From Narcine bancroftii (lineage: Eukaryota): DNA of 64,000 nt. The DNA is taken from assembly GCF_036971445.1 (NCBI RefSeq), contig NC_091472.1, positions 93,434,001 through 93,498,000 on the forward strand, in the 5' to 3' direction. Made by a program: the position numbers and the translations under genes. The notes beneath the pieces were generated by a model. It saw only the letters and a list, made by a program, of their open reading frames with translations, was not told the origin of the DNA and searched no databases. Each line of letters starts with the position of its first letter. Positions within the stretch are counted from its first letter, which is position 1. Positions 12,131-23,512 of this stretch are shown here, piece after piece.

Positions 12131-13809
12131 AACCAAATTTTCACTCCCCTAATGAAAATAAAAGCAACTGAATATGAAATTGATCTTCACTTGCAATGAA
12201 ACCTATTTCCCACTCTCTCTGATGTTCATTTTGGTTTGGGAGGAAAGTAAGGGCGTATAATGGGCTATCCAAAAGTTCATTATTACCAAAGTACATTGTT
12301 CTTTAATTGGCATTAGCATTATTGGATTTATGTCCCTGGAAGCCTCATTTAAGGTTGGAACACTGAGGTGTATGTTGCTTTGAGAGGAATGACAGAAGAA
12401 ACAGTTGCTGCTGGGAATCTTCATTGTATCTCTTTGCTACCAGCAACATATGCTCCAGTAGCTTTTCTAAAAAGTTTCTTAATAATGTCAGAGTAGTTAA
12501 TATTAATGTGTTCAACATGCATTTGTTGAGTATTCAAGCAATCCAGTTAAATAGATGTCAACCAAATCCTCATGGACTTGCTGACATATGGTGGCACAGA
12601 TGACTGATTCAAAGCGACGAGTGAATGTGGTGTATGACTTGGTCAATTGAGGGAGTTGTACTTCTAAATAATTTCCAAGGTAGAGAATAGAAGATATAGA
12701 GCATTAAAAGTATAAAGTTTGTTCAGACTAGAATCCCCAAATTTTCTACTGTTAATCTATGAAGAGAGTTGAATACCCATGAATATGTATCACCAGAAAA
12801 TTCGTTTACAGATCCATCTGTTGGAGCATAGCCAAAGATTATTCTAATTATGTTCATTTTTTTCATTTAAACTAAATTTGTGTTCTTTTTAATCTCTGTT
12901 GCAAATTCATTTACAGCAATTTTCATTTGCAAAATTTGAACAAACTGGTTATCTGAAGCACATACCAATGTAGAAAAATAGTTTGCTTCTCTGTGTAAGG
13001 AACAAGGTATTGTTGTTGTCAGGGCTACTGATGTAAGGTGACTAAATAAGCCAAATTAAACTATATTAAAATAATGAAACAAAAATGAAAAAAAAGTTCA
13101 AAGTCTCTATTTAAGTGCCTTTAAAATAGATAAATTTAATACATGGTCTTCTTTATCTGTTCAGAACTTTTTTATGACTGTTGCAATTAATTGACTGGCA
13201 CCAATGTTCTCAGTGATTTTCTGTTTCTCTTATGGAGAAAAATCCTGCCCTCTTAACTTGCATCCTCTTATTTGCCTATTAATTGAGCAAAGAGGGGCCT
13301 AAACTCCTCACCATATGCAATGAGATCAGCAAGAAGTTCCTCTGAACCAACTTAGAAAATATATTTTCTAAAAAAGATATGGATCCTGAACATGTCTTGC
13401 AACTAAGAATTTGTTTTGTTGGTGTGATATTATCCATTCAGAAACCTCAAGGAGTAGCCCTGAAAGCTTTGAGTCCATGACTTAGGAGCATACAGAAATG
13501 CAGAGTGAACAGTAGGAACACATTACCTCACAAGCCCCCATTCCACTCAGCATTTCTTGTCCCACTCTTTGTCTCTCATTGTCTCTCAGGCTGCTCAGAA
13601 CCTTGGAAATGGCATGCAAATATTATCCTAATCCTGATATATAACTTCAGATGTATGCTGACTCCAGCATTATTAAATAAAGTGAAGCCCTTAATGAACT
13701 ATTGAATCTACATTGGTCTTCAGTTCAGCACTGTTTCATTGAAAAAAAAATTTATTCCATTTCTTTTAAGGTCTCAGTCCTCTCAACCTCTGTAATTTAT
13801 TCCAATTTT

Positions 13810-14052
13810 GTCATCGCTGTGTTCCATGAGTTCTAATGTTCGTGTATCTCCAGGTTTCTTTGCTGCACTCAAAAGGCCACACCTTCAGCTGGCTTGGCTC
13901 TAAGGTCTGAAATTCTTCCTTTTTTAAACCTCTGTTCATCTTAATACTGCTCTTATCTTTTAAATTGCTATTTAAATGATTACCAGATTTTGATTTATCA
14001 CACTCCAGAAAGTGCGTTAGTTTTAGGTGATACATTAAATGCAAGTTGTTGC
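13810..14052 (+). mobile_element. Old L2-type LINE/SINE 3' tail
   Basis: ccttcagctggcttggctctaaggtctgaaattc...taaatgcaagttgttg resembles vertebrate L2 3' ends. Confidence 0.5.
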
Positions 14053-14659
14053 TAAACCTTATAAGGTGATATAAATTAAAATGGGACTTGAAGTTCTCAT
14101 TACAAGCATGTAGTTACAACAAAGCCACAGGAATTCAAGGCAAAATAAATGCTGCAAAATGCAAGCTTAACATCAGAATAACATTTGATTGATCTCTTAA
14201 TGTATACTGATCTTTGTTACATGACCTTTTTGGACTGAATTTAGATTACAGGTACACATTGTGATCTGTGTATTACAAAAAGTTTAGAAAGTCACTGTAG
14301 AAGGTATGAAAAAACTCTTGAAATTAGTATCAGAAAAGACTGAACCAGTCAGATAAAAGTGAGTCTGGACCATGACCATTGGAGATCTTTAAAATGAAGG
14401 CTAGGAATGCTGTAGATGTTTGCACATGGGGGAAATTCAAACTATAATAACATCCAAAGCTTATAAATATCAGATAGATCCTAATAAATTCTACCAGGAA
14501 TTCAGGAGAAGCTTCTTTACCCAGAGCAATTAGAATGTGGAATTTGCAATTGCTTTCAACAGCTGAAGCATGTAGCATAGATGCATTTAAGGATAAACTT
14601 GATTAATACATGAGGGAAAAAGAAACAAGAGTATGTGGAAATTGTCAGATAGTGTAGAG

Positions 14660-14980
14660 ATGGAGCGGTCCAGTGGCACTGCAGTTGTTGGTTCCGTCCT
14701 CAGGCATCACCTGTTTAGTTCTTGGATATTTTTCTTATGGCCATGTTGATTCCCCCGAGGTTCTGATTTATTGCTGCATTCCAGAAATGTGCTGGTAAGT
14801 TAATTGGCTACTATAAATTCCCCATAGTGTATGTGGGTGACAGGAGAACATGGAGGTGATGGGCATATGAGAGTGAATAAGTTAAAACCAAATAAATGGG
14901 GAAATTGGATTGCTAAGAGTGCTCTGAGGGCTAGCATGGAGTCAAATGGGCTGAGTGGCTTACATTTATGTTCTAGGATG
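14660..14980 (+). mobile_element. Degenerate V-SINE-like element after a CR1 3' fragment (~14350-14650)
   Basis: Remnant V-domain and gttaattggctactataaatt motif, LINE-like tail. Confidence 0.45.
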
Positions 14981-16011
14981 ATGCAGGAATATGAATTGGA
15001 TTACCTTTTGGGCGTATATACTGACATGGATCATTTGAGCATTATGACCTGTTACGAATTTTATTTTTAAAAATTGATTGTAATGTAATTTTGATTTGCT
15101 GAGATGATCAGTGCCAAGTTATCAAAATTCACTCAAAATATATGAGCACCTATAGTGATATATAAGCCACTGCATGTTCCTTCTCCACAGTGAAGTAATA
15201 TGCCAAATGCCTGCAGTAATCCACAGAAAACAAGGACTCTAAAATGTGTCTCCGATGGATTCAAGATTCTTCTCAGACTGCACACATTCACGCAATATTA
15301 CAAGTGATCATATTGATCATGCAATGATATCTCACTTATTCTTTCTTTTGTTCATTAGTTCTGCCTTGCAGGTTCCTTCCTCCCATCAGCAGGGAACAGG
15401 ATCTTTCAACTTACCCTAAACCTCTCCAGCATCATTCACTTCCAGAGAAATTACACTAAAAAAAGGCATTGTTCATCTCGACTCCCTGCTTATTCTTTCC
15501 ATGGCAACCCCAGCTACTTGAACTTCATCATTATATGCAAGATGATGATGGGCATGAAGCTGCTTAATATGATAATATTCAAGAATAGATGCTGTTTTAA
15601 TGCAGCACTGAATTAATACTGATTTATTTGACCAACAAACTTTTAACATTCAGTGATATTTTCTCAGGATAAAATTGTCATAAGGGTACAGAAGGCGTAC
15701 ATCAAAAGTGGTATTTGAATTTTCAATCTCTTCAGAAAATAGAAATATTCATGGAAGGGGAGTTGGGTTTGTGCAGAAGCAGTGCTTTCAGTGAAATTCC
15801 ACATCAATACCAATTGACACCTTATAAATCTTTTTTGTATCAGTCTGCAATTGTTTCATTGATGCAATGCATAAAATATAAAAAGGGTAATTGAACATTT
15901 TTTGAATGAAGAAACAGTTGTTTTCTTCTGTTTGAAAGGTGAAAAAGTCAAAGGAGATGCACATTTTTGAAATGAACCTATGGTAAAAGCACTGGAAAAG
16001 ATGGTTTTGGC

Positions 16012-16880
16012 ATGACAGCTCCCCACCATGACTACCAGCCCCCCCACATCTCCATCGGGCACACAAAACTCAAAACGGTCAACCAGTTTACCTATCTCGG
16101 CTGCACCATTTCATCAGATGCAAGGATCGACAATGAGATAGACAACAGACTCGCCAAGGCAAATAGCGCCTTTGGAAGACTACACAAAAGAGTCTGGAAA
16201 AACAACCAACTGAAAAACCTCACAAAGATAAGCGTATACAGAGCCGTTGTCATACCCACACTCCTGTTCGGCTCCGAATCATGGGTCCTCTACCGGCACC
16301 ACCTACGGCTCCTAGAACGCTTCCACCAGCGTTGTCTCCGCTCCATCCTCAACATCCATTGGAGCGCTCACACCCCTAACGTCGAGGTACTCGAGATGGC
16401 AGAGGTCGACAGCATCGAGTCCACGCTGCTGAAGATCCAGCTGCGCTGGATGGGTCACGTCTCCAGAATGGAGGACCATCGCCTTCCCAAGATCGTATTA
16501 TATGGCGAGCTCTCCACTGGCCACCGTGACAGAGGTGCACCAAAGAAAAGGTACAAGGACTGCCTAAAGAAATCTCTTGGTGCCTGCCACATTGACCACC
16601 ACCAGTGGGCTGATAACGCCTCAAACCGTGCATCTTGGCGCCTCACAGTTTGGCGGGCAGCAGCCTCCTTTGAAGAAGACCGCAGAGCCCACCTCACTGA
16701 CAAAAGGCAAAGGAGGAAAAACCCAACACCCAACCCCAACCAACCAATTTTCCCTTGCAACCGCTGCAATCGTGTCTGCCTGTCCCGCATCGGACTGGTC
16801 AGCCACAAACGAGCCTGCAGCTGACGTGGACTTTTTACCCCCTCCATAAATCTTCGTCCGCGAAGCCAAGCCAAAGAAAG
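16012..16880 (+). mobile_element. Young 5'-truncated RTE-clade LINE with open 270-aa C-terminal ORF
   Basis: FTYLG, RLAKANSAFGRL, LLFGSESW, QLRWMGHV, RLPKIVLYGEL, C-terminal CxxC zinc finger; CpG-rich; tail gccaagccaaagaaaga. Confidence 0.96.
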
Positions 16881-17640
16881 ATTGCTATTTTAATTAAGCA
16901 TCTTACAAAAGATTTTTTAAAAACTTGCCAAATAATGTTTTCATGAGGATTTTTTTGGAGTTTGTTACTTAACTTTTCATTCACAGTGGCATCAAGAATT
17001 TTAGAACTGGCCATGCAATTTGTAAAACTTTGTACCATCAGAAAAAGTATTGTGTGTGAAACTATCAGTAGTGAACTGGCAGCAAGTTTATATCTCTCCC
17101 AATGCTTATTTCTTCTAAATTCAATGGAAGTGACAGATATAAAAAGAGCTGCCAATTTTCCATCTCCAAATTTCTCTTGGTATTTAAAGGCAAATCAGCT
17201 AGGCAAATACCTGACGAGCTGGGTGGGAGATTTAGAGTGTGGTCATGACAGTGTTTTGGGGTGTTCAGAGATACCCTGAAGAGAGTAGAAAGAAGTTAAA
17301 CCAGTGCTTTTCAAACTCCCACCCAAACTCACATTCCACATTAAGCAATCCCTATGCCATAAGTGCTCTGATTAGTCAGGAATTGCTGAAGGTAGTATGT
17401 GAGTGGGAAGAAAAAAGTTTGAAAAACCACTGTTTTAATCGTACCTAATTGACTCGTTATGTGCACAATTTCATAACTCCAAAGGAATTGAGCCAATGAA
17501 AATTTTTCTCAAGCAAAATATTTCAGTTACCATTGGGTATAGAGTAGTGGTTCTCAATCTTCCCTTCCCACTCACATATCACCTTAAGCAATCCTTTATT
17601 AATCACAGAGCACTTATGCCATAGGGATTATGGAAGGTGG

Positions 17641-20449
17641 TGTTATATAGTCAGGATAATGTAAACCTTTTTGTAACTGCATAAGAATACACACTTCTCA
17701 CTGTAGTAACTGTGGTGCACCACTGTGGTGTGTATGTATATATATATATATATATATATGTGGGTGTGTGAACAGTTTTATGAGATGGTGGAAGGCATCA
17801 GTTAGCAAACTCTCTTCTGTTATTTGAATCTTCCATCTCTAAGTTATTTAAGAAGCCTCCTAAGTAACACAGAGACATAACATGATGGCAGCGGTATAAA
17901 AGAACAGCAATAAAGCCATATAATTGATTGTAAGTCACTGAAATACGAAGAGGAAGAAGAGAAAAAAACATGACTGGAAAAAAAAGTGCTGGAGCAACAA
18001 CAGTTCACCCAGTGATGGACTGGGAGGCTGAAGACATTGTTGAATCATTTAAAAAGTTTCAGCAGAAGTGCAATTTAGCATTCAAAAGCTATTTTAAAAA
18101 TGCATCAGCAAACGAGAAGGTCAGTTATACACTTCTCTGGACAGGGGAGCGAGGCCTTGACTTATTTAATAGCTGGGACCTTACAGAGGTGGAGAAAAAT
18201 GATCCAGAGCAGATATTTACTAAGTTTGCTTCTCACCTTGAACCCATGTCAAATCATAGAATTAAACACTATGAATTTCAAGGCAATGCAAGTGACTGAT
18301 GAACCTGTTGATAACTTACTCACTAGACTAAAAATTGTTGCCGTAAAATGCAGATTTAAGGTTATAGAAGAAAGATTAGTTGATCAACTAATATGGGGGT
18401 GTGCCCTTCCCAAAGTGCAAAAGTCTCATTGGGAAGGATAGCTTGAAGCTGGCTGAAGCTATAAACACAGCCAGAGCCTTCAAAGCCACGAGGATGCAAA
18501 TAAAATCCCTATCTATGCAGACCCACCCACAGCAAAGAGAAGGAAAGGTTGACGCTATAAAGGGCACAATCAGAAAAGGAAAAGTGCAAACCCCCAAGAC
18601 CTGCAGGAAATGCGGTAGAAAACACCCCAGTTCTGAATGTGGAACCTGTGGTAAAGCAAACCATTGGGGTAAGATGTACAAGTCTGGCATTAAGAAAACA
18701 GTAATACCAGTGAAGAAAAAAGGCAAGAAGAAGATCCACCACAGAAAAGGAAACAACAATGACGACTCCACACCCAGATACTGGACATAGAATCCATACA
18801 CCTTCAAGAGATGTCGGGTGAGATGAAAGAAGGAAGTGAGTTGCACATAAGGATCCAAATACAGAGGACAATCCAGAATAAGCCTATGATATTAAACCTA
18901 AAGGTGAAGCTAGATACTGGATCACAAAGCAATGCCCTTCCATTCAGACTCTTCCACAAGATGTTTCCAGCGAACATAATAAAAGGGTATCCAAAAGACA
19001 GTGCTTTGGAAACAGCAAATGTCACATTAATGGCCTATGGTAGACCCATGATCAAGCAGCTAGGGAGAACTAAGACCATTGACTTCCATAAGGGAAAGAA
19101 CATCCTCTGTACATTCAACGTGGTAGACTCAGATGGGCCAGCAATTGTAGGTCTGGAGTTGCAATTGATCTCTGTCAATTATGAGATCCAGATGAAGAAG
19201 ATATTCAAAAGGTTCAACATAAACACACAACAAGAAGAGGAAATGATTTCCACAGAAGTACCTGCCAGGCCATGGCACACAGTGGGTTTCCATTCTTCCA
19301 TAGGGTGAAAGACCTGAGAGAATCAACTATTACCTCAAAAATGAGAGTACTCCTTGCTGAACAAGTAATATGTGACAATGCAACACAGTTCACATCACAA
19401 GAATTCAGAAAGCTGGCAGCAGAATATGGGTTTGTTATCACTACATCATCCCCATATTACCCCAAAGGTCATGGGTTCATTGAAAGACATATGCAAACTG
19501 TGAAACACCTACTAGTTAAGTGTTTCAAAACAAAAGAAGACCCACACCTAGCTTTTCTATCATTACAAGCAACATCTTTAAGGGCTGACATGAAGTCCCT
19601 GCAGAACTTCTAAATGGCAGGAGATATAAAACAACTCTGCCAAGCAAAATACACCTTCCAGAAAACCAGGAGGAAACCAGAATAAGACTAGCTGACACGC
19701 AAGAAGGACACCAGCATTAGAACAAACATGCACAAACACTGCCAGAACCCTTCAAACGGCAGCATATGCATATTCAAGAGCTGACCCAGCAAAGGTCATC
19801 AGAGAAGCTGAGATATCCAAATCATACATTGTCGAGACAGGCACTGGGAATCAGCTGAGGAGAAACAGAATTCACATCCGGCCGATACAAGATGTGATGA
19901 AGCAGAAAGCTTTAATACCAGTAAAGCCTGCAATATCAGTATCAAGTGAAGAGACCACAACCACTAATCAACATCATCAACACAGCAGTGATCAGGTGAA
20001 GCACAACAAGCTACATCACCTACATGTCTACAGGCAACACAGAGCCCAATGGTCACAGCCAAATCCACAAGATGGCGAAGGAATATACTGCCGCCAATGC
20101 GATATCGATGTGAACTTTTAAAAAAAATAGTTGTATAAATAAATTAGGGTACAAGTTCAGTTACTTAAGTGGCACTTGAAAGAAAATGATAAAGAACACT
20201 AATTTTTTCTTTATCTTGAGAAGGAGGGATGTTATATAGTCAGGATAATGTGAACTATTTTGTAACTGTGTAAGAATATACCCTTCTCACTGTAGTAACT
20301 GTAGGGCACCACTGTGGGGCATATGTATATGTGAGTGTGTGAACAGTTTCATGTGATGGTGGAAGGCATCAGTAAGTAAATTCTCTTCTGTTATTTGCAT
20401 CTTGCATCTCTAACTTAAGAAGCCTCCCAAATAGCACAGAGACATAACA
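17641..20449 (+). mobile_element. Gypsy LTR element 2, internally deleted (gag, protease, partial integrase; no RT or RNase H)
   Basis: LTRs 17641-17882 and 20230-20449, near-TSD ggtgg/gttgg, PPT gagaaggaggga, gag with CxxC knuckles (CRKCGRKH, CGTCGKANH), protease KLDTGSQ, integrase CDNATQF...GFIER. Confidence 0.95.
17883..17895 (+). promoter_or_regulatory. Primer binding site, tRNA-Leu type
   Basis: tgatggcagcggt directly after the 5' LTR is one mismatch from TGGTGGCAGCGGT, the complement of the tRNA-Leu 3' end. Confidence 0.75.
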
Positions 20450-20964
20450 GTTGGAATGTGAGTTTGAGGGGGTAGTTTGAAAACCACTGGGCTAAAGGCT
20501 ATCAAGTGATTCCAAAGACAAGTTTAGTTGGAGATGGTTAAATTTTAACTTAGACTTTGAATAACAAGCCTCGAATCATTTGTGGGGTCCATCTGCCCAA
20601 TATAATTTTAAGCATTTGAGGTCAATGGATGTTACATATTGCATTTTTATCTCTGCACATTTCTCTTCATCTCTAAGCCTTCAATGCTGAAATCTAATTT
20701 ACAGATGCATTACTGGCACACAAAGTAAGCAAATGCATTTAGCCATTCATTTTTGATTTTTTTTTCAATTAGTACATAAAAAGGCTGATTGCACAATGGA
20801 ATTAATAGACTCAAGTATAAAGGGAATATAAACTATCATGCTATTTGAATTCTAAAATAATTATATTATATATGAGATTAATTTGTACTCTTAATAAGTC
20901 TTTCTATTCATAAACAAGTTAAAAGCCTAGGACATCACTACACCGTGCAAAATCAGTGTTTCAA

Positions 20965-21590
20965 ACTTAGTTTGAGAATCAGAATTTATTGTCATGAACA
21001 TGTCATGAAATTTGGTTTTTGTGGCAGCGTCACAGTACAAACATTCATATTATAACTATCTTACAACATGACTATAAATTTAAAAAATCAGTAGTGCACG
21101 AAAAGTAAGGCAATGTCTTTGGTTCATTGATTATTCAGGAATTTGATGGCATCAGGGAAGAAGCTGTCCTTTGGCCGTTGAGTGCTCATCTTTCCGCTCC
21201 TGTACCCTTTTCCTAATGGTAGCAGAGTGAAGAGGGCATGGTCTGAGTGGTGGTGGGGTCTTTGAGGATAGAGGCTGCTTTATGTCCTCGATGGAGTGAA
21301 ATCTAGTGCCTGTGATGTCGCAGGCTGAGTTAACAACCTTCTGGAGTTTATTCTTGTACTAGTTGGTGCCTCCATGCTAGGCAGTGATGCAACCAGCCAG
21401 AATGCTTTCCAAGGAACACCTGTAGAAGTTTTCAAGAGTTTTGGTGACATACTGAATCTCCTCAAACACTCACAAGGTGAGCCTTCTTTGTGATTACATC
21501 AACATGAAGGCTCCAGGACAGATCCTCGGAGATGTTGACACCCAGGAATTTGAAATTCTTGACGCTATCCACTACTGATCCCTCAATTAT
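20965..21590 (-). mobile_element. Rex1/Babar LINE 3' fragment
   Basis: Minus ORF VDSVKNFKFLGVNISEDLSWSLHVDVITKKAH; tail seen on + as agaatcagaatttattgtca. Confidence 0.85.
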
Positions 21591-21609
21591 CCTGACCAAA
21601 TATAATTTT

Positions 21610-21960
21610 GTTGAATCTACTGAAATTCTGCCATATATGAGTCTTTCTTTCTCCCTATCCCTCCGTCGCCTTTCCTCTAGGTCCCAATCATCTTCCTTCT
21701 CTAATTCAGAGAGCTGACCCCTCACCCATCGCATCAGCTATTTTTCTCTTCTACCCTCCCATCTCTATCCACCTATGACCTCTTACCTATTTGCCTGTAC
21801 TCCATCTGCCACTTCTGGCATTTTTGCTCATACCTTGATAAAGGGCCCAGGCCTGAACAATAAGTTACCCTGTAGATGGTGCGCAACCTGCTGAGTTTCT
21901 CCAGCACTTTTGTGTATTACATTACAATCACAGCATTTACAAAATTTCCTGTTATTCACT
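21610..21960 (+). mobile_element. Penelope-like pseudo-LTR fragment
   Basis: ttgctcataccttgataaagggcccaggcctgaa...ctgctgagtttctccagca. Confidence 0.7.
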
Positions 21961-22044
21961 CTGGCATATATTTTGTTTTTAAATAAATCCTACTTTTTAA
22001 TGATCATAATACAGTACTTTTTTACATCTGATTCATTGACCTAT

Positions 22045-23055
22045 TGAATCCAGAATCAGAGAACCAGACAACATTACAACAAAGAAACAGGTCCTTCAGC
22101 CTTTCTAGTCTGTGCCGAACTATTTTTTTACTTAGACCCACTGACCTGCACCAGTCCATACCCTCCATATCCCTCCCATCCACGTACTTGTACAAATTCT
22201 TCTTACATGTTAAAATTGATCCCGCATTCACCACTTCAGCTGACAGTTCATTCCACACTCCCACACTTCCATAGTCTGTGTGAAGAAATTCCCTTCAATG
22301 TTCCCCTCCCCCAAAAAGCTTTTCCCTTGACTCATATCCTCTGGTTTGATTCTCACCAACTTTCAATGGAAAAAGCCAACCAATATTTACTCTATCGCCT
22401 CATTCTTTTACAGTCCAGGGAATAAAGTCCTAACCTGTTTAACCTTTCCATGTAACTCAGTGCCTGTAGTCTGGGCAACATCCTAGTAAATCTTCTCTGC
22501 CCTTATTGATGTCTGACCAAAACTCTGCACAATACCCCAAATATTGCTTCACCAATGTCTTATATGGCTTTCCCATAGCATCCCAACTCCTATACTCAAT
22601 ACTTTGATTTATGAAGGCCAATATCCCAAAAACTCTCTTAACCACTCTATCTATCTGTAACTCACTTTCAGGGAATTATGTATCTGTATTCCCAGATCTC
22701 TTTGTTCTATTGCACTCCTCAGTTCCCTCCATTTATCATGTATGTCCTTTCTTGGTTTGTCCTTCCAAAATGCAACATCTCACACTTGTCTACCTTAAAC
22801 TCCATCTGCAATTTTTCAGCCCATTTTTCCAGCTGGTCAAGATCCCTCTGCAAAGTTGAAAACCTTCCTCACTGCCCACAACGCCTTCAATCTTTATGTC
22901 ATTTGCAAACTTGCTGATCCAATTTACCACATTATCATCCAGATCATTAATATAGATGACAAACAGCAATGGTCCCAGTACCGATCCCAGAGGCACACCA
23001 CTAGTTACAGCCTCCACTCTGAGAAGCACCACTTTTTGGCTTCTCCAGTTTAGCC
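22045..23055 (-). mobile_element. CR1 LINE 3' portion
   Basis: VTSGVPLGSVLGPLLFVIYINDLD...ISKFA ORF and CR1 3' UTR. Confidence 0.92.
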
Positions 23056-23512
23056 AATATGCTTTATGTTGACATATAGGCCAAACAAATTCTATCTTGC
23101 TTCTTGTAAAATTATGGTGAAATCTTTGAGAGTCACTAAGGTGTGGAGGATGTCCTATGCCTTACTATTGCAAATGGACAAAGCTAGAGTATTTGGTCAG
23201 ACATCAATAAGATTAAAACAGGGCAGAGAAGATTTACTAGGATGTTGCCCAGACAACAGGCACTGAGTTACATGGAAAGGTTAAACAAGTTAAGACTTTA
23301 TTCCTTGGACTGTAGAAGAATGAGGCGATAGAGTAAATATAGAGAATACTTTAAGTTGCTTCTCCAGGAGACAGCTTCCAGCATCTCCTTCATGTCGTTG
23401 TGAAAGGTTTTAGAAATTTCCTCGCAACTCTTGTGATTGGCCATATAACTTTATTTGATAGAGTGAAAGGAACCCTGTTTGAATCTTGATCATTACTCCT
23501 GCTTAATCTGGG

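Larger units (their letters stand above)
17302..20489. mobile_element. hAT (Charlie-like) composite MITE split by a Gypsy insertion
   Basis: TIRs cagtgcttttcaaact / agtttgaaaaccactg; 17302-17640 plus 20450-20489 matches the intact copy at 61297-61657 in reverse orientation. Confidence 0.88.

Noticed and set aside
13560-13700. Strong + strand splice acceptor at ~13589
   Set aside because: No convincing donor or recognisable peptide downstream.
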